The notes beneath the pieces were generated by a model, which was given only the letters and a program-made list of their open reading frames with translations, had not been told where the DNA came from and ran no database searches. The position numbers were made by a program, and so were the translations under genes. From contig CAYVAZ010000004.1 in assembly GCA_964449065.1 (NCBI GenBank), positions 1 to 44,620 on the forward strand: a stretch of DNA of 44,620 nucleotides. The letters run 5' to 3'. Positions within the stretch are counted from its first letter, which is position 1. Every line of letters begins with the position of its first letter. This stretch comes from an uncultured bacterium (GTDB taxonomy: Bacteria; Hinthialibacterota; Hinthialibacteria; Hinthialibacterales; Hinthialibacteraceae). Positions 28,178 through 36,391 of this stretch are shown here, piece by piece.

Positions 28178-29308
28178 TTACCGGACTTCCAAGTTCGGTT
28201 CGTAACTGGCGAATTTTTGCAGTGAGATCATGACGCGGTCGAGCATAAAACCGATGATACCGATGGTAAACACGGCCACCATGATTTGCGCCAAGGTTTG
28301 GCTGCTGCCGTTTTGAAACATATCCCACACAAACTTACCGAGGCCGGGGTTTTGCGCGAGCATCTCGGCGGCAATGAGCACCATCCACCCGATACTCAGC
28401 GACAGGCGCAATCCGGTGAAGATATACGGCAATGCCGCGGGAATCACAATTTTAAAGGTTTTTTCAAACCACCCGAGTTTTAACACTTTCGCCACGTTGA
28501 GATGGTCTTGATCCATATTTACGACACCGTTGGCGGTATTGATGAGCGTGGGCCAAAGCGAACACAACGCGACCACAATCGCCGAACTTAAAAACGCTTT
28601 TTCAAACATCGGTTCTTCGGGGTTGTACCACGCGCTCACCAAGATCATAACAATCGGCAGCCACGCGAGCGGAGACACCGGTTTAAATATTTGAATCAAG
28701 GGATTAATCGAATGGTAAACGGTTTGACTCATCCCGCAGATCAACCCCATAGGCACGGCAATCACGGAAGCGATCAGAAACCCAAAAAAGACGGTATACA
28801 AACTGGTGAATATTTGATCGATAAAGGTATCTTTCCCCGCGTACGCGCGGTCTTTCCACTCTTTATCCGGAAACCGTTCCAGCATCTTCGCCTTAATGGC
28901 CGCTTGTTTGGCATAAAACTCTTTTTCTTTTTCGCCTTCTTGAACATATTCATCCCACAACGCTTTGGCCTCTTGCGCGACTTGAATCGGGCCGGGCAAG
29001 GTTCCGGTACGCACAACCGCGTTTTTGGCCACAATCTGCCAAACCACCAAAAACAAGAAGAACGCGATCAAGGGCAGCAGATATGCCCGGGTGATGATGG
29101 TGAAGTTTTCTTGCACATGATATCCGGCAAACAAGCACAAAAAGGGACTGAGCCAGCTCAGACCGGTTTGATCCAAGCGTGTTAACAGCAGATCAAACGC
29201 GGGCTTGTTGTTCTTCGGCGTTTCATTTCCCGGTTGATCAGCAGAAGCCATGCGCTCTAAATACTCCTTCCGGTTTGCGGTATAGGCTTCAATGGATTTT
29301 TGCAGCAT
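28178..29308 (-). CDS. nrtB: Nitrate ABC permease
   Basis: FKPVSPLAWLP and WMVLIAAEMLAQNPGLGKFVWD motifs. Confidence 0.9.
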   Translation of the reverse strand: MLQKSIEAYTANRKEYLERMASADQPGNETPKNNKPAFDLLLTRLDQTGLSWLSPFLCLFAGYHVQENFTIITRAYLLPLIAFFLFLVVWQIVAKNAVVRTGTLPGPIQVAQEAKALWDEYVQEGEKEKEFYAKQAAIKAKMLERFPDKEWKDRAYAGKDTFIDQIFTSLYTVFFGFLIASVIAVPMGLICGMSQTVYHSINPLIQIFKPVSPLAWLPIVMILVSAWYNPEEPMFEKAFLSSAIVVALCSLWPTLINTANGVVNMDQDHLNVAKVLKLGWFEKTFKIVIPAALPYIFTGLRLSLSIGWMVLIAAEMLAQNPGLGKFVWDMFQNGSSQTLAQIMVAVFTIGIIGFMLDRVMISLQKFASYEPNLEVR

Positions 29309-29336
29309 AGAAAATTCTCCTTATCTTCTCCCCCTA

Positions 29337-29378
29337 TCATTTCATTCAATCATTCAATCAATCAATCATTCATTCATT
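29337..29378. repeat. (TCAW)n microsatellite overlapping the nrtA stop
   Basis: tcatttcattcaatcattcaatcaatcaatcattcattcatt. Confidence 0.7.
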
Positions 29379-30728
29379 TTTGAGACCAACTGGAAACGAG
29401 TTAATGTATTCATTTGGCTTTTTGGCATCGAACACGATCCCGTCAATGAATCCGTTATCGGGCGCCTTATAGCCGCTGGTCTTGGGCAAATCGTCTTTGG
29501 TTAGAACCCCGTCGTCGATGAGTTCAACCGCGGCCTTACGCCATATACCGGGACGGTAAACCTCTTCGGCGGTCTTAAAGTACCAGTCATCCGGTTTGGG
29601 TTCATCAATCTGTCCCCAGCGGCGCATTTGGGTTAAAAACCAAATGCAATGAGAGTAAAAGGGATAGGTTGCGTCATAGCGGTAAAACACGTTGAAGTCG
29701 GGATAGTCGCGGACATCGCCTTTTTCAAATTCAAAGGTGCCGGTCATGCTGTTGGCGATCACTTCGGCATCCGCCCCGACATATTCACTGCGGGATAAAA
29801 TCTCAACCGCTTGTTTGCGGTTCTCAATACTTTCATCCAACCACTTGCCCGCGCGAATTAACGCTTTCACAACTGCAATGTGAGTGTTTGGATGTTGATC
29901 GTTCCATTCTTTGGTCACCCCGAATACTTTTTCCGGATTGTTTTTCCAAATGTCATAGTTGGTCGTCACCGGTACACCAATCCCTTTAAACACCGCTTGC
30001 TGGTTCCACGGTTCGCCCACGCAATAGCCTTGGATGGTTCCCTGCTCAAGAGTGGCCGGCATTTGCGGCGGCGGAGTGACAGAAAGTAATACATCCGCGT
30101 CGGTGGTTCCGGTCGTGTCCCCGCCTGTGTAATAGCCCGGGCTGATGCCGGATGCCGCCAGCCAGTAGCGGATTTCGTAGTTGTGCGTGGAAACCGGAAA
30201 CACCATCCCCATGCGTAGTGGATCACCCGCCACTTTAAACTCTTCCACAATCGGTTTGAGAGAATCAGCGGATATGGGATGCGGCGGTTTATCCTGCTGT
30301 AACTTGGGATCATTCTCCTGCATCTTCTCCCAAATTTCATTCGATACCGTGATCCCGTTGCCGTTTAAATCCATACTAAACGCCGTGATGATGTGTGCCT
30401 GCGAACCGATACCGACATACGCGCCGATGGGCTGCCCGGCCAGCATGTGGGCTCCATCCAACTCTCCACTGATGACACGGTCCAGCAGCACCTTCCAGTT
30501 CGCTTGCGCTTCCACTTCCACAAACAAACCTTCTTCGAGGAAATAGCCCAGCTCCTTCGCGATCACAATAGGCGCGCAATCGGTCAGTTTAATGAAGCCG
30601 AACTTCAAATCACTTTTTTCGACGTCCAATAAGTCCGCTTGCGTTGGGTATGTCAGAAATAAAAAAGAAAAGAATACAATTCCAATCTTTAACAAACACG
30701 GTTTATTTGTCCGCTTGGATGACCACAT
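29370..30728 (-). CDS. nrtA: Nitrate ABC substrate-binding protein
   Basis: [21 protein letters not shown] and [11 protein letters not shown] motifs; AGGAG SD 7 nt before ATG 30728. Confidence 0.92.
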   Translation of the reverse strand: MWSSKRTNKPCLLKIGIVFFSFLFLTYPTQADLLDVEKSDLKFGFIKLTDCAPIVIAKELGYFLEEGLFVEVEAQANWKVLLDRVISGELDGAHMLAGQPIGAYVGIGSQAHIITAFSMDLNGNGITVSNEIWEKMQENDPKLQQDKPPHPISADSLKPIVEEFKVAGDPLRMGMVFPVSTHNYEIRYWLAASGISPGYYTGGDTTGTTDADVLLSVTPPPQMPATLEQGTIQGYCVGEPWNQQAVFKGIGVPVTTNYDIWKNNPEKVFGVTKEWNDQHPNTHIAVVKALIRAGKWLDESIENRKQAVEILSRSEYVGADAEVIANSMTGTFEFEKGDVRDYPDFNVFYRYDATYPFYSHCIWFLTQMRRWGQIDEPKPDDWYFKTAEEVYRPGIWRKAAVELIDDGVLTKDDLPKTSGYKAPDNGFIDGIVFDAKKPNEYINSFPVGLKNE

Positions 30729-30769
30729 AGCCATTCTCCTTTTTGTTTTAAGCAATCAAACTGAAAAGG

Positions 30770-30786
30770 TGCAATATGCATACCAC
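30770..30786 (-). promoter_or_regulatory. Sigma54 -24/-12 promoter of the nrt-nas-nir operon
   Basis: Minus strand GTGGTATGCATATTGCA = GG-N10-GC. Confidence 0.75.
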
Positions 30787-31224
30787 TTTAAAGATAACGC
30801 ATATAAGGTTTTTGATTTTCAAGAGTTACAGTTTGTATAAATTTGTCATGACCGGCTTCATGAAGAGGCGGTTGATCAAAAATCAGCAACGATTTGCATT
30901 ACCGCGTATGAAGTCCAGCACTTTCCTATCCATGGTTTTTGACTGTACACAAACTTTCCTCATTCCATTCGCTTAATCTTTTCATTTCATTGTTGAATCT
31001 CTAACATAGTTTGTTCGAATATAAACCATAATTCATTCCTTATTACGATGGGATCCTCTCCCGTGGGTTCACTACTATGTTCCGCGTTTACGTTCGGATC
31101 ATTTCTTCTATCGCCGTGATTTCGGATTTAAATAGAATAAAACACATATTTTACATGCATCTTTACCGCTTCCGGCATCAGCAAAAACGAATTCAAACGT
31201 GTATAGAATTGGCAATAGCGTCTA

Positions 31225-31241
31225 TTGGAATCGAAATTGCT
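31225..31241 (+). promoter_or_regulatory. Sigma54 -24/-12 promoter of the flavoprotein/multiheme pair
   Basis: TTGGAATCGAAATTGCT = GG-N10-GC. Confidence 0.65.
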
Positions 31242-31253
31242 TATGCAGCCATC

Positions 31254-33245
31254 ATGATGAATATGCCGGAAACCGCAAATGTACATACCGCCGCAAAACG
31301 CCGAATGGTTATCGTCGGCAACGGCATGGTGAGCTATAAGCTGTGCGAACGCTTGGTTTTTTATGATGTTGCAAAGTTATATCAAATCGATGTGTTTGGC
31401 GAAGAACCCCGGCCCGCCTACGATCGGGTTCATCTCACGACATTGTTTCAAGACCGGTCCCCAAAAGATTTATTGCTGGCAGACAGCCAATGGTATCAAC
31501 AGCACGGCATTCAACTCCACACCAACATGCCGGTGGAAAAAATTGACCGCACCCGCAACGTAATCTTTACGGGTGGGAATCGAACCGTCCCGTATGACAT
31601 ATTAATCTTAGCGACAGGTTCGCATCCCTTTGTTCCCCCCTTTCCCGGAAACGACCGTAACGGTGTGTTTGTCTACCGCACGGTTGAAGATGTGCAAGTC
31701 ATTCAAGCCTACGCGTCAACCAAAAAACGGGTTGCGGTCCTAGGCGGTGGATTGTTGGGGCTGGAAGCCGCCAAGGCGCTGCGCGATATGGGATTGAAAA
31801 CCCACATTGTAGAGCGCGCGGATTTTTTAATGCCGCAACAGTTAGACAAATCGGGCGCGCGTTTATTGCAGCGCGGGATTGAAAAGTTGGGGATCAAAAT
31901 CTATACCGGACGCTCTACCAAAGCGATTGAACCGCATGAAGATGAACTGTTGCTGCGCTTTCAGGATGGCGACTGCTTGGCGGTGGATATGGTCGTAATC
32001 TCAGCCGGAATCCGCCCCCGCGATGAATTGGCGAAAGAATGCGGCTTGTTGTGCGGTACACACGGCGGAGTCATCGTTAATTCAGCCCTGCAATGTTCTG
32101 ATAAAAATATCCACGCCATCGGTGAGTGTGCTTGCTATGAAGGGGCTGTATATGGGTTAATCTCGCCCGGATACGAAATGGCGAATGTATTGGCCCAGCG
32201 TTTGGCCGGGGATTCGGCTGAATTTACGGGCGGTGATTCATCCGCCCGCTTAAAGCTTATGGGTGTGGAAGTCAGCCATTTAGGGGCAGGATTACAGCCC
32301 GGCGACTTCTACACATATCAAGATCAACATTCCTACCGACGCTGCGTGTTAGAGCATGGCCGCTTAATCGGCGCGATTGCGGTCGGAACTTGGAGCGAAT
32401 TGCCCCGCGTCCAAGAAGCCATTACCAACCATGAAGTAATTTCCCCACGATCCACAGAGCGGTTTACAAAAACAGGAAATCTATTTGTTGAGGACGAATC
32501 GCTTTCGTGGTTAGACCGCCTCCCCACTACAGCCCGTATATGCAATTGCATGAATGTTACCAAAGGAGAATTACTAACCGCTTATGCGGCCGGGTACACC
32601 TCTGCCGATACGCTTTCCGAATATACCGGGGCCTCCACGGTATGCGGTTCATGCCGCCCGCAACTTGAAGAGTTGGCAGGCAGCCAGTCTACGGTTTCCG
32701 CTAATGTATGGAGCAGCCGCGTGCTGTTGGGGATATCGCTGGTTTCATTGCTGATGGCGGCCGCGTTATTTTTGGCGCCGCCGGTACCGGTTTCTCAAAC
32801 CGTTCAATCCACACTGCATACGATTGAAATCTTGTGGCGGGATGGTTTTTATAAGCAACTCACCGGCTATACGATTTTATCGCTCTCCATCATCTCATTG
32901 ATCTTTTCACTTCGAAAACGGATTCGCTCGTTCTCGTTTGGTAAATACAATTATTGGCGAATTGTACACACTTCCGGCGGGCTGTTGGCTTTGATCATGA
33001 TTCCCGTGCATACCGGGTTTCACTGGGGCAGCAATTTAAATAGGTGGCTGCTTGTCAGTTTCATCTGTTTCGCGTTGATCGGAACGGTTGCCGGAATTTG
33101 CGCCGCGCTGGAAGTATCTCCGGCCGAAAAGATTAAGCAAACCGCGTTTCGGCTTCGGCCGTATTTGGTATACATCCATATTCTTTTGTTTTGGCCTGTT
33201 CCTATCTTACTCGCGTTTCATATCCTTAAAATTTATTACTATTAA
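31254..33245 (+). CDS. NirB-like FAD/NAD(P)H oxidoreductase with BFD-like [2Fe-2S] and a C-terminal di-heme-b-type membrane domain; no siroheme domain
   Basis: GNGMVS, GGGLLGLE and AIGEC; ICNC..CGSC; about 5 TM helices with two H-x13-H pairs; start set downstream of the sigma54 motif (31254-31263). Confidence 0.85.
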   Translation: MMNMPETANVHTAAKRRMVIVGNGMVSYKLCERLVFYDVAKLYQIDVFGEEPRPAYDRVHLTTLFQDRSPKDLLLADSQWYQQHGIQLHTNMPVEKIDRTRNVIFTGGNRTVPYDILILATGSHPFVPPFPGNDRNGVFVYRTVEDVQVIQAYASTKKRVAVLGGGLLGLEAAKALRDMGLKTHIVERADFLMPQQLDKSGARLLQRGIEKLGIKIYTGRSTKAIEPHEDELLLRFQDGDCLAVDMVVISAGIRPRDELAKECGLLCGTHGGVIVNSALQCSDKNIHAIGECACYEGAVYGLISPGYEMANVLAQRLAGDSAEFTGGDSSARLKLMGVEVSHLGAGLQPGDFYTYQDQHSYRRCVLEHGRLIGAIAVGTWSELPRVQEAITNHEVISPRSTERFTKTGNLFVEDESLSWLDRLPTTARICNCMNVTKGELLTAYAAGYTSADTLSEYTGASTVCGSCRPQLEELAGSQSTVSANVWSSRVLLGISLVSLLMAAALFLAPPVPVSQTVQSTLHTIEILWRDGFYKQLTGYTILSLSIISLIFSLRKRIRSFSFGKYNYWRIVHTSGGLLALIMIPVHTGFHWGSNLNRWLLVSFICFALIGTVAGICAALEVSPAEKIKQTAFRLRPYLVYIHILLFWPVPILLAFHILKIYYY

Positions 33246-33263
33246 AGGCTGCGTTTTTCCCGC

Positions 33264-34577
33264 ATGAAAACATCAAGCATTTGGATACTTTGGATATTGG
33301 CCACCCTGGCAGGAGGGGGGACGCTGGCAGTTTTGATGTTTTATGAAGTGCGGCATGATGTGTTTATGCCCGGCATGACCAGCGTGGGGCATTATCAAAT
33401 CGAACTGGCCTGCAACGAATGCCACACCCCGTTTATGGGAGTGAAGCAGGATTCTTGCTTAAAGTGCCACGAAAAAGAATTGAATGAGGCTCAGGATTCG
33501 CACCCGGAAAAAAAGTTTCGCGATCCGCGCAATGCCGACCGGGTTGCCAAGTTGGACGCGCGCTATTGCATTACCTGTCATCAAGAACATGTCCCGGACC
33601 GCACGCATGTCATGGGGGTGACTTTACCCACGGATTATTGCTACCACTGCCATCAAACCATCGCGGAAGAACGCCCCAGCCATGAAGGGATGGGCTTCAA
33701 TACCTGCGCGACAGCGGGCTGCCATAATTTTCACGACAACCGCGCGTTGTATGAAGACTTTTTGCTGAAACACGCCGATCAACCCGACTTGGTCCAGCCT
33801 GCCCGTATCCCATCAATCGTTCGCCAAATCTCCGAAGGCGGTTTTTTGGCAAAACAAGACGCGGATGTGCCAACCGAAATTGAAGTGGATGATATCGTCT
33901 ATCAACAATGGGAAAATGATATCCACGCGCAAGCCGGGATAAACTGTATGGATTGCCACAGCCAAACGCGCGGCGGTGAGTGGATTGCCGACCCGGACCA
34001 TACCGTATGCAAACAATGCCATGAATATCAAACCGAAGGCTTTCTGGCTGGAAGACACGGAATGAGGCTCGCGCAAGATATGTCTCCCATGCAGCCGCAT
34101 ATGGCGCGATTGCCCTTCAAAGAAACCGCCATGCACAAAACCATGGACTGCAACGCGTGCCACTCCGCGCACGATTACAATACCCAAACCGCGGCGGTTC
34201 ACGCCTGCCTAACCTGCCATGACGATCAACACAGCTTGGCGTTTGTCGATTCCCCCCACTACAAAACCTGGTTTGACGCGCGTACCACGGAAAATATCGA
34301 GTCAGGCGTATCCTGCGCGACTTGCCACATGCCGCGAACGGAAACCGCCATCGCTGGAGAAAAAAGCATTGCTGTACAGCACAATCAAAACGATAACCTG
34401 CGCCCGAATGAAAAAATGATCCGCAGCGTATGCCTGCATTGCCACGGGTTAGGATTTTCGATTGATGCATTGGCCGATCCCGCCTTGATCTTAAATAACT
34501 TTACCGGCAAGCCATCGATTCAAATTGATAGCATCGAAATGGCGGTCAAACGCGATCAAGAGTTAAGCAAAAACTAA
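33264..34577 (+). CDS. Membrane-anchored multiheme cytochrome c (10 CxxCH + 1 Cx4CH)
   Basis: Motifs counted in the translation; N-terminal TM/signal segment. Confidence 0.92.
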   Translation: MKTSSIWILWILATLAGGGTLAVLMFYEVRHDVFMPGMTSVGHYQIELACNECHTPFMGVKQDSCLKCHEKELNEAQDSHPEKKFRDPRNADRVAKLDARYCITCHQEHVPDRTHVMGVTLPTDYCYHCHQTIAEERPSHEGMGFNTCATAGCHNFHDNRALYEDFLLKHADQPDLVQPARIPSIVRQISEGGFLAKQDADVPTEIEVDDIVYQQWENDIHAQAGINCMDCHSQTRGGEWIADPDHTVCKQCHEYQTEGFLAGRHGMRLAQDMSPMQPHMARLPFKETAMHKTMDCNACHSAHDYNTQTAAVHACLTCHDDQHSLAFVDSPHYKTWFDARTTENIESGVSCATCHMPRTETAIAGEKSIAVQHNQNDNLRPNEKMIRSVCLHCHGLGFSIDALADPALILNNFTGKPSIQIDSIEMAVKRDQELSKN

Positions 34578-34688
34578 ACCGGCAAGTGTTCATATCCTTG
34601 CCGGTTGCATGGATATGAACAAAACCATCCAAAAATATCAACAGAAATCATCCCGCAACTGCATCAATCCGGTTTGAATATCTACTGA

Positions 34689-34701
34689 AATCAATCACTT
34701 A
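34689..34701 (+). promoter_or_regulatory. IHF-consensus site
   Basis: AATCAATCACTTA matches WATCAANNNNTTR, just upstream of a sigma54 -24 box. Confidence 0.45.
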
Positions 34702-34717
34702 GCATCAGTTCAAGAAA

Positions 34718-34734
34718 TTGGTACTTTAATTGCA
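34718..34734 (+). promoter_or_regulatory. Sigma54 -24/-12 promoter of the DUF3365-c5-globin unit
   Basis: TTGGTACTTTAATTGCA = GG-N10-GC. Confidence 0.75.
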
Positions 34735-34788
34735 TTTCATCTACATGTTTAAAACAGCCGAAAAATAAAATGGATGAAGGAGGCAGTT

Positions 34789-35382
34789 ATGACACACAAA
34801 GGAATCGTACAAGGATTGGGATTTGGATTGTGCGCGCTCATGGGAATTTTTTTGGTGACCGCTTGCGGCAAAACAGAAGTCGTACAAGGGGGAATCACTC
34901 CTCAGAAAATGGCGGATGCGCTGCACGCTGTGATGGAGTCAGACCGCACCGTCTATACGCGCAATGTCGTAAACCGGTTGGTCAAAGAAGAAGGGGTCAT
35001 CAAAGCCAGCGAGCATTGGGTGGATGAAAAGGCACTGCCGTTGCCCGCGCAGATGTTCCGCATGGGGTCGGAAATGGTTTCCGAAAAAACACAGGATTTT
35101 TCGTACACCCTGCAATCGCTATGGCCGATCAATAAACAGAACGCCCCCAAGACCGGTGTCGAAAAAGAAGGACTGCAATACATCGCCGACAATCCCGGTG
35201 AGAATTTTTATAAAGAAGAAACCTTGGGCGGAACAAAATATTTTACGGCTGTATATCCCGATGTAGCCGTTGCTCCGGCATGCATCGACTGCCACAACGA
35301 CCATAAAGACAGCCCCCGCTCTGACTTTAAGATGGGTGAAGTCATGGGCGGCGTTGTGATTCGTATCCCATTGGGCTCATAA
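34789..35382 (+). CDS. DUF3365 (Tll0287-like) monoheme c lipoprotein
   Basis: LVTAC lipobox; LPLPAQMFR, SLWPINKQNAP and CIDCH..GEVMGGVVIRIP; AGGAGG SD. Confidence 0.85.
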   Translation: MTHKGIVQGLGFGLCALMGIFLVTACGKTEVVQGGITPQKMADALHAVMESDRTVYTRNVVNRLVKEEGVIKASEHWVDEKALPLPAQMFRMGSEMVSEKTQDFSYTLQSLWPINKQNAPKTGVEKEGLQYIADNPGENFYKEETLGGTKYFTAVYPDVAVAPACIDCHNDHKDSPRSDFKMGEVMGGVVIRIPLGS

Positions 35383-35386
35383 CGTC

Positions 35387-35794
35387 ATGAATACCTATCA
35401 GACAATAGTGATTGCCGCGGCAGTGGGAATCACCGGATGGTTTACGGGGTGCGGCGAGAGTTCCACAACCACCGCACCCCGGACAACTCCAACGCAATCC
35501 GGTTTGCCCGAAGCGGTATCGGAAGCAGCGTTTTTGGGCCGGGAAACGGTAAAAACAGTATGCGCAAGTTGCCATCTTCCCGGTTTGGCGGGCGCGCCAA
35601 AAATCGGCGATCAAGAAGCATGGAGCGTTCGTGTAAAAAAGGGATTTGAAACATTGGCAACTCATGCCCTAAACGGATATGAAGGAACCGGCGGGACAGT
35701 CATGCCTCCGCGCGGCGGCGAACCGTCATTAACCGATGAAGAAGTAAAAAACGCTGTTCATTATTTTATGGAAATTCATTCGGACAACAGGTAA
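35387..35794 (+). CDS. Cytochrome c5-family lipoprotein
   Basis: FTGC lipobox; CASCH, GAPKIGD and MPPRGG motifs. Confidence 0.9.
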   Translation: MNTYQTIVIAAAVGITGWFTGCGESSTTTAPRTTPTQSGLPEAVSEAAFLGRETVKTVCASCHLPGLAGAPKIGDQEAWSVRVKKGFETLATHALNGYEGTGGTVMPPRGGEPSLTDEEVKNAVHYFMEIHSDNR

Positions 35795-35807
35795 AGGAGA
35801 ATACATC

Positions 35808-36227
35808 GTGAGCGTAACCGAACAACAAATCGCATTGGTACAACATTCATGGGAGAAAGTCGTACCGATTTCCGGCCAAGCCGCGGAACTGTTTTATGGA
35901 CGGCTGTTTGAACTGGATCCAAACCTCAAACCGTTGTTTAAAGGTGACATGAAAGAGCAAGGCGCCAAGTTGATGAAGATGATAAACACAGCCGTTCGCG
36001 GTTTAAACAATCTGGAAGGCATTGTACCGGCCGTGCAGGATTTAGGCCGCCGTCATGTGGATTACGGCGTACAAGATGAACATTACGACACCGTTGGAGA
36101 AGCGCTGATATGGACATTAAACAAAGGATTGGGGGATGAGTTTACGCCCGAAACCAAAGAAGCGTGGACAAATGTCTATGGCGTGCTTGCTGTTACCATG
36201 AAAGAAGCCGCTGCTACGAAAGTCTAA
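35808..36227 (+). CDS. Single-domain globin (flavohemoglobin globin-like)
   Basis: FYGRLFELDP, LGRRHVDYGV and HYDTVGEAL motifs; AGGAG SD. Confidence 0.93.
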   Translation: MSVTEQQIALVQHSWEKVVPISGQAAELFYGRLFELDPNLKPLFKGDMKEQGAKLMKMINTAVRGLNNLEGIVPAVQDLGRRHVDYGVQDEHYDTVGEALIWTLNKGLGDEFTPETKEAWTNVYGVLAVTMKEAAATKV

Positions 36228-36391
36228 CACCACTGCGTCTCCCTTTCGCTGAGTCATAACAGCTCGCTGACCCGGCAAATCAATTGGCAAGTACTTTCAA
36301 CACAAACCGCTTCAGTTTGGGTAAAAATAATGGACAATACGATATAAATTAATCATACAGCCTGTGTTCTTCGAAAAAACTCGAGCGCGTC

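Noticed and set aside
30729..30770. NasT/ANTAR antitermination leader
   Set aside because: The predicted leader is only about 30 nt, I see no twin hairpin or terminator, and no nasT is in the window
31077..33245. Annotation as nitrite reductase nirB starting at 31077
   Set aside because: No siroheme/4Fe-4S domain and no nirD; the upstream extension spans the promoter motif
33264..34577. NrfA or HAO call
   Set aside because: Eleven heme motifs, no CxxCK and no nrfH or nrfBCD context
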